From the human T2T-CHM13v2.0 reference genome, Homo sapiens, in assembly GCF_009914755.1 (NCBI RefSeq), contig NC_060930.1: a stretch of 64,000 nt of DNA, one strand, 5' to 3'. Shown here piece by piece: positions 15,741-28,260 of the stretch (positions are counted from its first letter, which is position 1; the number at the start of each line of letters is the position of its first letter). The notes below the pieces were generated by a model. That model was not told the origin of the DNA. It worked only from the letters and a program-made list of their open reading frames with translations, and searched no databases. A program made the position numbers and the translations under genes.

Positions 15741-16313
15741 CTCTCGAGAGACCTCAAGACGAAATTAGAAAGAAACCATAACAATAGAAACCACAACAAT
15801 AGAAACCACAACAGATGTCTACTATTTTACTTTCTTCATTGTTCAACACAAAAAAAGGAAGAACTGTAAAATAAGTATTTAATGCTATTTGCTGGTCTGC
15901 TTTTTTGTGGTGGCATGGACTAGTAATTCGGAAACCTTTTTGTCTTCTAGGCTTGAGGATATGAGTAAATGTATTGAGGATCATGGGAGGAAGAAGCTAC
16001 AGATGTGAAAAGTGGGAAGGATGGACTATAGATGCAGTTTTAAATTGGAATTATAGGTTATCAGCTTGAACACACGGTGTTTTAACATTGAAGAAAGTAA
16101 ACATCTATACATATGTGTGTCTATGTTTTTTTAAAGATAGAAACAGAGATGAACAAACACATATATATTTTCCACTGAAAGGAACTTAGGGACCCTTGGA
16201 GAAATGACAGATTGCAGGGCTGGAAAGACAAAGTACATGATGAGGCTGGAACATTTGACTAAATCAGATAGAAGAGAGGCAACCATTCAATGAATGTCAA
16301 ATTCAATAGGGGC

Positions 16314-16626
<313 letters not shown>

Positions 16627-16831
16627 TTACATAGGGGTTAGCTTAAGGAGCTAATTCTAGCCACCTCTAGAATAATTTGAACATCAAAATAACTATCAGT
16701 AAGAATAGATTTTAACCCATTGAATAAAATAAGTATCTGGAAGGCCATGCTGATATAAATACACCAGTTTGTATAGCATGAATGGTACATAAATGGGGAG
16801 AAGGGAAAATGCTTCCTTGCCATAAAATGCC

Positions 16832-16910
16832 AAGAAAGAGAGAAGGAGAGAAGAAAAGGGGGGGGGGGGAGGGGAGAGGGAGGGAAGGAAGAAGGAAGGA
16901 AGGGAAAAAA
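16832..16910 (+). repeat. Pure polypurine tract with a long G run
   Basis: 79 nt of A/G only. Confidence 0.9.
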
Positions 16911-16939
16911 TTAGAAATTATTGGGTGAAAGTTTGATGA

Positions 16940-17278
<339 letters not shown>

Positions 17279-18167
17279 ACTATCTTTGTAACTGTTAATT
17301 ACAATGGAAAAATGGAACTTTATATTGGAAAAACCTGGTGGAACCACCTTACCCTAACGATCAAAACGAACATCATTAATATCGGGACCACCAGCATCGT
17401 GTGCCTTTTGATATGGTACTGAGAAAGACACAGCATTACTGCATTGGTCCTCCTATCAAAAATGCATAACCTGATTTCTGTCCCCAAGGCATCCAAATGA
17501 GCTAAATAAAAAGGTGGAGAAAAGTCCTAGCTTATTAGGAAAAAAAGTATATCTGTGTCATCCCAGAAAAGATGTAAGATAAAGTATAAGTTACTATGTT
17601 ACTTATGTTTTGAAATAATTTTAAACCCAGAAATGAGTCTGTATTAGAATTAAAATGTCTCTTAAGGTGAAATATTATAGAAACAACAGAAAGTTATAAA
17701 AATGAGAAGTTTTAGAAAATGTATTTGCACTCTTTATCTTACTGAATTATCTATAATCAGGAATAATCTTAATATTTTTATACACAAACTGAAAGAATCC
17801 TCAGATTTTATTAATGTAAAGTTATCCAGATGTTCGTAGGAAAACAAAGACACACACATTTTTTCCCCTGAATGTAGCAATCAGGCTATTGGCCCCCTGA
17901 AGAAATCCTTGTGAGTAAGTAGACACTCTCATAGATATCTCAATTACTTTTAGGAAGAAAACAATATTAAATAGTGAAAATTGCTAAGTGAGAAAAAGGA
18001 AAATCATAATACATTTAACACCTGCATATGAATTGACTATTCACAAGGCAGTTTCATATATATTTTTTTAATCTCACAAACAACATTTGAGGTAGGTGGT
18101 TTCAGTTGTTCGTTCCAATGAGGTTTTTATTCCACAGAAATGCCAACAAGGATGCCAAGATGAAAAA

Positions 18168-18408
18168 ATCACTTGAGGCCAGGAGTTTGAGAACAGCCTG
18201 GTCAACATAGTGAGACCCCCATCTCTACAAAAAATAATAGTAATTAGCTGGATGTGGTGGAATGCACCTGTAGTCCCAGCTACTTGAGAGGCTGAGGTTG
18301 GAGATCGCTCAAGCCCTGGAATTTGAGGTTACAGTGAGTTATGATAATGCCACTGCACTCCAGCATGAGCAACAGAGTGAGACCATATCTCTTAAAAACA
18401 CACACACA
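18168..18408 (+). mobile_element. 5'-truncated AluJ
   Basis: Alu consensus; AAGGATGCC on both flanks. Confidence 0.88.
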
Positions 18409-19724
18409 AAGGATGCCCAGTAAAGTTTGTGCTTGGATCTGGTTTCCATGTATTTGGAAAATAAATAAACGTGAAACGAATTGTTTTTTTGACTAGCTTT
18501 AGTTTAGAAATCGCAATAGACATTTCTCAAAATCCATTCTTTACAGAGAAGACCAGAAACTTTTGAAATCCAATTTAGATTCTTTCTGATTAAGCAACAT
18601 TGTTAGTAGAGAGAAGCATTTCTTTGTTTTGCTCATGTCCTTTGAAGAGTAAATAACTGCTGACTGTCCAGATGTAGGTGTTAGGAAAATCAGTGCTGAG
18701 CTCTGGCCTTTGGAGCCAGACCTGCAGAACTCAGAGGCTCACCCTGTGGTGTTTTCCCTGCTGGGCCTGATCTTAGGATAGTAAAATTGTTTCTCATTGC
18801 TCAAGGAAGCTTCTCGTTTTACCATCATATTTACTGTTCTGTGGCACATTTTACAATTAATCAACAAAATTGTTTTGGTGACTTTGTATCTCTTCATAAT
18901 TTCTGCTTCCTTAAAACGGAGTGCATCTTATTTTGTTTCTCAGTTTAAAAATGTCTGTATTTTGCGTCAATTTTGGCCTGGGCTGGCGGCACACTCTCTA
19001 GACTTCAGCAGCACCAGCAGCTGGAAACAGCATAGGTGTGATTCTTCAAAAGTGCTGTCATCATTGAGTGAGGAGCTGAGGTCCAGGAAGAGCAGGCCAG
19101 GCTGGAGCAGGTATCTTGTAGTTTTATCAGTGCAGCCCCAAGGTAGTGTCTTGGCCTCAGGGAGGCCACCACGGCCTGCGTTGGACAGCCGAAACCTGGT
19201 TTACGCCCTCTCCTGAATTTGATTGTGAAGAAACATCAGACAAACCCCAATCGAGAGATATTCTACAAAATAAAGGACGCCACTCTTCCAAAATGTCAAG
19301 ATCAAGAAGCTCAAAGAAAGGAGGTAGGACTGTCCCATGTGAAAGGAGATATAAAAGGTTTAACAACTGAGTGTGATGGACTGGATCCTGAATTGGGAAA
19401 AATTAACCATATAGGACACTATTAAGACAACTGAAGAAACTGTAATATGGGCTGCATGTATGTGTGTGTATACGTTTGCCTATAATTATGAGTCTGGAGA
19501 AGGCTATACAACATGTTATTAACATTGATTACCCGAGGGAAGGGTGGGGATGGGAAATTAAGAGAAAAATACTACAATTTTTTTTTAAAGCACACAGGAT
19601 GAAAGTAGCATGTATGATATGATTCCATTTTTGTTAAATGATATGGATATAAGTGTGTATGTATGCATAAAATGAATTATACAAAGATGGTCAACAAATC
19701 ATTAACCATTGTTTTCCAAGGTGA

Positions 19725-20050
<326 letters not shown>

Positions 20051-20185
20051 ATTCTGCATATTTTTGTGTAGTATAATTTTTTTCAATGCACAAGTATTAT
20101 TTTTATAAACATACTAAAAAGTAATATTTTTGTGTCACAAAAGCAAGAAAAAGTCACTCAGGGAACAACTATAAGAAAGTTTTGA

Positions 20186-20737
20186 GGCCGGGCGCGGTGG
20201 CTCATGCCTATAATCCCAGCACTTTGGGAGGCCGAGGCAGGCAGATCACGAGGTCAGGAGATGTAGACCATTCTGGCTAACACAGTGAAATCCCGTCTCT
20301 ATTAAAAATACAAAAAAAAAAAAAAAATTGGCTGGGCGTGGTGGCAGTCGCCTGTAGTCCCAGCTACTCGGGAGGCTGAGGCAGGAGAATGGGGTGAATC
20401 CGGGAGGCGGAGCTTGCAGTGAGCCAAAATCCGCCACTGCACTCCATCCTGGGCGACAGAGCGAGACTCCGTCTCAAAAAAAAAAAAAAAAAGAAAGAAA
20501 GTTTTGAGGCGAGGCACGGTGGCTCACGCCTGTAATCCCAGCACTTTGGGAAGCCAAGGAGGGCAGATCACCTGAGGTTGGGAGTTCGAGACCAGCACGA
20601 CTAACATGGAGAAACCCCGTCTCTACTAAAAATACAAAATTAGCCGGGCATGGTGGCGCGCGCCTGTAATCCCAGCCATTGCACTCCAGCCTGGGCGACA
20701 GAGCCAGACGCTGTCTCAAAAAAAAAAAAAAAAAAAG
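20186..20737 (+). mobile_element. Tandem Alus (AluY-like 20186-20495; internally deleted AluS 20507-20737)
   Basis: Alu consensus; shared target AAAGTTTTGA seen three times. Confidence 0.9.
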
Positions 20738-21389
20738 TTTTGAATTAAAGTTTTTCTGCTTCAAACTAATATTTTCTTGTAGTGCTGAGTTTATTATTAT
20801 ATTTTAAGCACCTTACATATTTCAACACAAGATGTTCCCAGCTGTGCTGAGCACATGCTAAAGTGGGAGCTGACTCTCTGGGTTGGAAGAAATTAAGGTG
20901 TCTGATTTTCTGAAGAATCTTGTTTGGTATAGAAGCTTCAGCAGTTACTTCCAGCCATCCTAGAACTCTCTCATGACATCCCTTCTGGCGATTTCGGAGT
21001 TCTCCTAGGACTGTGACACTTTGACCTATATGTACCTTGACCACGTGAACAGCACACTCATTTTTGGCCCTGAAAGGTATATAAATCATGTCCTGTCCTG
21101 GAATCTGAATGTCTTCCCTTTTCACAGTGGATAAGGCTATACTTCCTCTTGGCTTCTTGAAGGTATGCTGAGAACTAATGAGATGGGTTTGTGGAATGCT
21201 TTGAGCTGCTGACATGAAAAGAACAATGCTCTAGCTTTGTGAATAACATAACCCCTATTGTCAGTGAATCCACTGAGTCAGATGAGGACAGGGAGAGACC
21301 TACTAGAATCAAAGATACTAACAAACCAGGGAGGGCCAGCTCGTTGCTGTAATTGCTGATGGCAGTGACAACTGAGGAGAGTGATGAAA

Positions 21390-22240
21390 ACGTAAAGAAG
21401 GTAGAGTAATGCTCCCAGAAGGAGGTCTCGACTAATAACAGATGGGGAATTGGTGAATAAACTTCAGCTTTCTTGCCCCTCAGTTGGGATAACTCTGGCA
21501 GGTTGCACACCTCGGGCCTCCCAGAGTCCCCTAGAGCAGGGATCCCCAAACCCCAGAGACACGGACCAGTACTGGTCCACGGCCTGTTAGGAACCGGGCT
21601 GCGCAGCAGGAGGTGAGCAGTGGACAAGTGAGCGAAGCTTCATCTGTATTTACAGCCCTCCCCGTCGCTCGCATTACTGCCTGAGCTCCATCTCCTGTCA
21701 GATTAGCATTAGATTCTCATAGGAGTGTGAACCCTGTTGTGAACTGAGCATGTGAGGGACCTAGGTTGCATGCTCATTATGAGACTCTAATGCTTGATGA
21801 TCTGTCACTACCTCCCATCACCCCCACTGGGGCCGTCTAATTGCAGGAAAACAGCTCAGACTCCCACTGATTCTACCTTATGGTGAGTTGTATAATTACT
21901 TCTTTATATATTATAATGTAATACTAATAATAGAAATAAAGTACACAATCAATGTAATGCACTTGACTCATCCCAAAACCATGCCCCCATCCCCTCACCC
22001 TCCAGTTCGTGGAAAAATTGTTTTCCACAAAACTGGTCCTTGGTGCCAAAAAAGTTGGGGACCACTGCCCTAGAGGGTCCGATTTCGGTGGCCCACCATG
22101 GTAGCTTGCTCGATAGCGCATGCTTTATTGGTTTCTTTTCCCTCCCTATCTCACTTCCTCACTCTTCTGCTGGTGTTTTCTGCAATCCCCTCCCAAATAA
22201 ACTAATTGTGCTTGGATCCCTGTCAGTTCTACTCCAGCTA
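21390..22240 (+). mobile_element. LTR16-like ERVL LTR hosting MER1A
   Basis: GGGATAACTCTG...CCAGAGTCCC and CTCCCAAATAAACT...CTTGGATCC segments resemble LTR16. Confidence 0.55.
21537..22067 (+). mobile_element. MER1A (hAT-Charlie MITE)
   Basis: TIR-like ends CAGGGATCCCCAAAC / GTTGGGGACCACTG and a perfect 8-bp hAT TSD CCCTAGAG (21529-21536, 22068-22075). Confidence 0.9.
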
Positions 22241-22479
22241 GAAACATCATGCACTTTCCCAATAATTTACTTTTCTGTACCCATCCCCATTTCCCTGAGA
22301 GACTAACCCTTTCATATTCTTCCTGTCCAAACTGTCAAGGTCAGAGGTGCACTTTGCTACAGGCTGGGCCTGAGATTTCTCTTCACTCTGAAATCAAGAT
22401 GATTTCTCTATTCCACTCAGTTGTTGGTTCATCAGACCGCGTGCTCTTTCCATTGTGTGGGGGATATAGGAAAGCTTGA

Positions 22480-22650
22480 GTCAGACATTCATACCTGGCC
22501 TAGAATCTTGACTCTATTACTTACTTACTGCAAAACCCTGGGCAAATCACCTAATTTCTCTGATCTTCAGTTTCCTCCTCTGTGAAATAAAGATAATAAT
22601 CCCTGCCTCATCAGGTTGTCCTCCGGATTTAATGATCTAAATGTATAAAG
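22480..22650 (+). mobile_element. MIR
   Basis: CCTGGGCAAATCAC..CTCTGATCTTCAGTTTCCTCCTCTGTGAAAT..ATAATAAT. Confidence 0.7.
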
Positions 22651-22853
22651 AACCAGGAGATTGACTAATACAAAAATACTCTGGAGAAAAGATCATTATT
22701 TTTATAATATCGTTCTCTTGTATTATTGAATTTCTCATGTGCCTCCATCTTGTTTCCCAACCTTAACTGTAGTTTCTCTGCCGCATTTACCTTCATCATA
22801 CTGACCTGCACGTGACAAGCACTAAACATTATCAATTTTCTAAAGCTTTAAAG

Positions 22854-23251
22854 TGCTAAAAGAAAAACTTCAGCTGAATTCAATTTAAAATAGTTTAACT
22901 GAGCAAAGAATGATTCATGAATTGGGCAGCCTCCTGAGCCAGGGTAGCCTCAAAGACTGCAGTGCAGTCGCGTGGTGGAAGAGAATTTATGGACAGAAAA
23001 AAGAAAGTGACGTACAGAAAGCGGAAATGAGGTACGGAAACAGCCAGATGGTTACAGCTCAGCATTTGTCTTATTTGAACATGGTTTGAACAGCTGGCCA
23101 CAATTGAGTGGCCAAAACTCAGTAATTGACACCCGAGTAGATCACACTCTGTTTACACTTCCATTTAGGCTACAGTTCAGTGTACAGAGAAACCTTTAGG
23201 CCAAACTTAAAATATGTAAAGAGGCAGTATTAGGCTAAACCCCATTTAGCA
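22854..23251 (-). mobile_element. Solo LTR, MER57-like (ERV1)
   Basis: TG...CA termini with 4-bp TSD AAAG (22850-22853, 23252-23255); sequence resembles the MER57B consensus. Confidence 0.75.
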
Positions 23252-23946
23252 AAAGTAGATCATGCACTCTTTCAATTCAATTCAAGACTCATTTTTGGAT
23301 TATTTGTTATTGGCGAGGCATTCTCAAGGAATTTTTAGCAGGTCTTTTGACTTTTCAGTGTCCTTGTTTGAGAAATACAAGTTTTGGTCTCTAATTCTAG
23401 ATACGCTGACGTCCCTCTAGCATTAAAGTTTGGAATCTATACATTCCTGGAGGGCAAGGACGGTGATTTTTCTTTCAGACCCCTCAACACTTACACCGAT
23501 GGTGGGTACAGAGTGTGGCATACAGAATTGATGCTGGTGCACACAGAATGAATTCCTGTTCCTTTTTCCCTCTCTCCCTGGCCCTCGCTCCACTCCAGCC
23601 AGACTGGTTTTTCTTTGTACCCCTAGAATTTTCCAGGTTGTTCTGCCTTGAGGACTTGGTACTTGCCCCTTCCCATCATTCGATTCTCTGCCCGACCCCA
23701 GTCTCTCCATCCCATAACCCTGCTTTGTTTTTTCGTTCTTGTAATTACTCTCTGAAATTGTCTTACTAGTCATTTATTTATTTGTTTATTCTCTCCACCT
23801 CTCCCCCAGTCCCCAAATATAAGCTTCTATCTTGGATCTTTTTGTATCACTGCTGCTAAAACAGTACTTAGCACAATCTAGGCCCTGAAATAGATAACTG
23901 TAAAATAAATGAATAAACTCTACCATCCCTTATACAGTAGGTTTTA

Positions 23947-24191
23947 CAGTCATCCCTCAGTATCCTCAGGAGATTGGTTCCAGGATCACCTGCGTATACC
24001 TGAATCTGCACATATTCAGGTCCTTAAACAGGCTCCACAGAACCTGCATATAGGAAGAGTGGGCCTTTGCCCTCTGAATACTCGCATTTCCCATCCCACG
24101 GATGCTGTATTTTCCATCTGCATTTGGTTGAAAAAAATCCGTGTCTAAGGGCATCCACGCTGTTCAAACCCATATTGTTCAAGATCAACTG
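23947..24191 (+). mobile_element. MER8-like Tigger (Tc1/mariner) MITE
   Basis: CAGTCATCCCTC...GATCAACTG termini with TA duplication on both sides; ~245 bp. Confidence 0.75.
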
Positions 24192-24469
24192 TAGCTGGTG
24201 AGGTGAACTCTGCAGCTATCACACACCAGGTTCTAGTGAACGCTCTTAGGGGAGGGTAACCCATACAAGTGAATTAACCGCAGAGGTCTTAGTACACATG
24301 GAGTGGGAAGAAAAAAGTTATCCCCTGGAAGACAACTACAGACAATTGTATCAGCTTATTTAGAAATCATATCAGCATTATCTTATTTGCTGTGGAAACT
24401 TTAGGTAACATTTTAAAACGAATTCATTTCTTTTTATTATGGAAAATGTCAAACATAAACATGAGTAGA

Positions 24470-25070
24470 TGTGGTAGGTAAGAAAAGCATAATGGACTCT
24501 CATGTACACTGTGGTGGATGCACTCCGGGGTGCCCCTCACCCTAGGGTTCATGCCCTGTGTACTCCTCTCCCTTTGAGTGTGTGCAAAACATGCTTTCTG
24601 GCCAACAGAATGTTCACATTTGAAGTTGCCCCCGTGGGATTGCTTTATGTTATATAAAATTCTGTCTTGCTGGAGACTCACTCTGGGGACTCTCCTTGCA
24701 GGCCTGACAAAATAAGTGGCTGTGCTCGGAAAGCCCAAGTGACAATGAAGTCCAGGTAACCTCTAGGAATTGCAGGTTCCCTCTTGGAGCTGAGGACAGT
24801 CTCCAGTCTCCAGCCAGCAAGAAGCCAGGGCCCTCGGTCCTACTGCTGCAAGGAAAGGAATTTTGCCTGTGCCCGGAGTCAGAGTGGAAGCCAGTTCTTC
24901 TCCAGTGAATGTGAACGCAGCCTGGCCAGCTCCTTGATGGCAGGCGTGAGACCCTAAGTGGGGGACTGAGTGTACCTGGACACCTGATCCATAAAAACTG
25001 TGAGAAAAATCTGTCTTGTTTTAAGGCCACTACGTTTGTGGCAATTTGCAGCAATAAATAATTAAGTACA
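24470..25070 (+). mobile_element. MLT1 (E/F-like) MaLR LTR
   Basis: TGTGGTAGG start; CAGCCAGCAAGAAGCCAGGGCCCTC and TTGTTTTAAGGCCACTACGTTTGTGG 3' motifs. Confidence 0.7.
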
Positions 25071-26067
25071 AGTACATGTCACCCAAGGTCAACTATTTTC
25101 AACAGTTTCCAATTGTTTCATTTATACCTCCATGTCTGGAGCTGGGTGGGTGGGAGGAGGGGAGTGGATGGGCTGGTGTGTTTTAAAGCACATTTCAGAC
25201 TTTATATTATTTCGCTGGCAGATACTTTAGTACATATCTCTAACAGACAAGGAAGGACTTTTTAAAAGCATAACCATAATGCCAGAAAAATTCGGTTTCA
25301 TTGAGAATAAGAGTGGGAGTCTTTTTTAATGCCATCAAATCAATGGATCTATTATATTAATTGGACACCCACAGAAAAGGTGCTTGCAATAAACAGAATA
25401 AGAATAATACCCCGTTGATCTCATTAGCTAAAGGACAGGAAAGCATATGAGAGCTTTCACTTGAAATGTATGAAGCTTTCCAGTTGGTTTTTTAAAACTA
25501 GTCCAGCCACAAATACTTAATTGTCCCTGTAATATGCTTGTCTCTCATACAATATCTAAAATAATTAAAACCCAATTATTATCGTGTGCTTAAGATCCAT
25601 TCTCCCTAGACTCTAACCGGCTTTGGAATGGACCCCTGTAAATTTCACTTGTATTCAAAACTCCTTGTAATTGCATGTCATACTCTAATTGCTATTCCCA
25701 TCACTTTTTCCTTACCACAGCTCCTCCCAACTGGCCCTCTTGGATAAGCCAATCTCATCCCCCTTCGACACTCCTCACTGAGGCACGCTTTGTAAGGGAC
25801 ATACTTAGGGCTCTGGGTTCGATGCCATCTCTACTACTTGGGAGCTTTGTGATGTTTGGCCAGTAGTTAAGCTTTCTCTAAGCTGGATACAATAATGCCT
25901 CACCGGGTTCCGGCGAAGATTAGACAAAGAACATGTGTAACGTGCAAACTGCCCAGTACAGAGAAGGCACCGTTCCCCACAACCCCCTTTGTTGGTTCCC
26001 AACTCCCACCACCTAGCCCCAGAACGCCCAGCACCACGCCTCTCCTGCCCTTGTCGCGGGGGATGCA

Positions 26068-26145
26068 GGGACTTGTAGTTTCTAAGGCCCCGAGTCGTGC
26101 TTCTCCTCGGCGCAGGCCTGCGGGCGGAAGAACTACACATCCCAG
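26068..26145. promoter_or_regulatory. Inverted pair of ACTACA-nn-TCCC (ZNF143/THAP11-type) motifs with an intervening ETS core
   Basis: GGGACTTGTAGT at 26068-26079 (reverse complement ACTACAAGTCCC) and ACTACACATCCCAG at 26132-26145; CGGAAG at 26125-26130. Confidence 0.7.
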
Positions 26146-27821
26146 TGAGCTGTGAAAGGAAAGTGGGGCTCGGGAAATTGAGCATCCCTGCCCAGCTGCC
26201 TTCGTTTTCTGCGGCCCCGGGGCTATGCCCACCTCTGCGGGGGCTCGGACCCGCGGCAACGCCTGGGAGGGCGCGAGCGAGCAGAAGCCCCAGGCTCCGG
26301 CCGTCCCAGGGCCGCGCCCGCAGCTCCTCCTGGGCTGTCGGGTGGGAAGGGGGGAGGCGCAGGCGGGAGAGGAGAAGCACGCGACCCCTCCGCTGCCGAG
26401 GGGGCTCCACGGGGGAATGGAGGGAGAAATAAAGCGAGCAGCTGTAAACGTCCGTGGGGAGAAGTGGAGACCGAAAGGGCTGGGCGGCAGCAACCCAAAA
26501 CCTGGCCTCCAAGGGCTTATACTCCGGGAGGGAGGCCGGGGCCGGAGGGGACCCTGACCGCTTCCTCTGCCCTTCTTTCTCGGCCCGGAAGCCGGCCGAG
26601 CCGGGCCCCGAGACCCTCGCCCGCAGCCCGGTCCCGAAGTCAGGCCGGCCTAGGGCCGCCCCACCCCATCCTGGCACCCGGCACCCCCAGCCCATTTCTC
26701 GGGCATCAGCAGAGACCCCGGGCGACGCGACCACGCGCCCAGCTGGGGAGGAGGAAGAAGGGAGGCGCAGGCCGGGGAGGGTCACCTCCGCGCCGCGGCT
26801 CCTCAGGTCCCGGGGAGTCGCCAGGAGTGGCTTGCCGGTGGCCGTGGGAATGAGCGTGTCCCGAGGCGGCAGCTGCTGCGCGGGATAAACCCGGAAGAAG
26901 CCGCGAGACGGACTGAAGTCGGCCAGGAGCGCACTGCGCGGCGGGGCCGCGGGCGCCCGACCCCATCCCTACTTGGGCGATGCCACAGGGAGCCCCGCGC
27001 CTTCCACAGCCCAGGGCGCCCGCCCGAGGGGGCTGGGGCTGGAATCTCGCTGCGCCGGTGCCCTGGCTTCGCGGGCGAGGAGGAGGAGGAGCAGGAGGAG
27101 GAGCCGCGGGTGAGGCGCGAGGCCACCGCCCACCCGGCCCGGAGGAGGCGGACCCACTCGGAGCGCCGCGCGCGCGCCGGGCTGAGCCTTGCAAACAAGT
27201 GTCTGTGCTGTGTCCCCGCGGCCCTCCTCGCGCCGGGGCCGCTTCCTCCGGGTAGGAGGGAGCAAGGGAGCCCTCGCCGCGCGGCCCGCGAGCCGCCGCC
27301 GCCCTCGGCCCGCGCATCCCCGCGCGGGGGCCGCGGATTCGACTAGGCTGCCAGGCGCAGCGACACCGGGTCGCGGTGCGAGCGGCGCCCCGGCTCTCGC
27401 CGAGAGGCTCCTGACAGAAAAACGTGCGTGGTTGTCCCCACCCCTGGGAGGGGTTGCCGGTGCCGCGCGCGGCCGCCCAGTCGCCAGCGCTCTCTCCTGG
27501 GAGGATCCGCTGCCGGAGGAAGGAGTGGACCCAACCTGGCCGCGCCGCAGAAGTGGCTCCCGAGGAAGCCGGCGCCGGGGCCGCCGCCTCGTGTCCCCTC
27601 GGGGCGCAGTGCTCGGGGGTCGGCGGGCCAGAGCCGAGGCGCGGCCGGGGAGCCGGGGGCTGCGGGGCCGAGCGGGCAGCCGCGCGAGGGGGCGGGCGCT
27701 CGGCGACCCGGGGGCCGGCCGGGCTGAGCCCCGCGCCCCGGGACGCGGGCTGGAAGCGACGGAGGAGTGCTGCCGCGGGCTGCGGACCAGCGCCGTCCCC
27801 TCACGGAGCGGGGATTCTGCT

Positions 27822-27896
27822 ATGACAGTTGGGCTCCCCGGAGGGTTAACCTGGGTGTCCTCGGCAAAGTTGTCGCCGAGCCGGGAGCCCGTGTAG
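27822..27896 (+). other. Upstream ORF (24 aa, [24 protein letters not shown]) in the probable ZDHHC14 5' UTR
   Basis: ATG at 27822 with G at -3 and TAG at 27894-27896, ending 119 nt before the main ATG. Inclusion in the mRNA is inferred, not seen. Confidence 0.55.
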
Positions 27897-28015
27897 GGGC
27901 CGCGGCGCCGCGGCTCGGGGGGCGGCCGGGCGGCCGGCGGCGGTCGTGGCTCGGCGGGGCCCGCGCGGCCGGGGGGCTCCTGGGGGTGTGCGCCCCCAGC
28001 CGGCTGCCCTCGTGG

Positions 28016-28260
28016 ATGCCTCCCGGCGGCGGCGGGCCCATGAAAGACTGCGAGTACAGCCAGATCAGCACCCACAGCTCCTCCCCCATGGAGTCGCCCC
28101 ACAAGAAGAAGAAAATCGCGGCCCGGAGGAAATGGGAGGTGTTCCCGGGAAGAAACAAGTTCTTCTGTAACGGGAGGATCATGATGGCCCGGCAGACGGG
28201 CGTCTTCTACCTGACGCTCGTCCTCATCCTGGTCACTAGCGGACTCTTCTTCGCCTTCGA
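28016..28260 (+). CDS. ZDHHC14: ZDHHC14 coding exon 1 (DHHC palmitoyltransferase, Erf2/ZDHHC9/14/18 subfamily); 245 nt, phase-2 intron follows
   Basis: Translation [81 protein letters not shown] matches the N-terminus and TM1 of ZDHHC14 as I recall it. The RKWExxPGRNxFxCxGR motif is shared with ZDHHC9/18. The exon ends at a consensus donor GA|GTAAGT (28260/28261) and lies in a CpG island. Confidence 0.96.

Noticed and set aside
18797-19216. 139-aa ORF within the foreign insert
   Set aside because: TTG start and no recognisable homology in the frames I could read.
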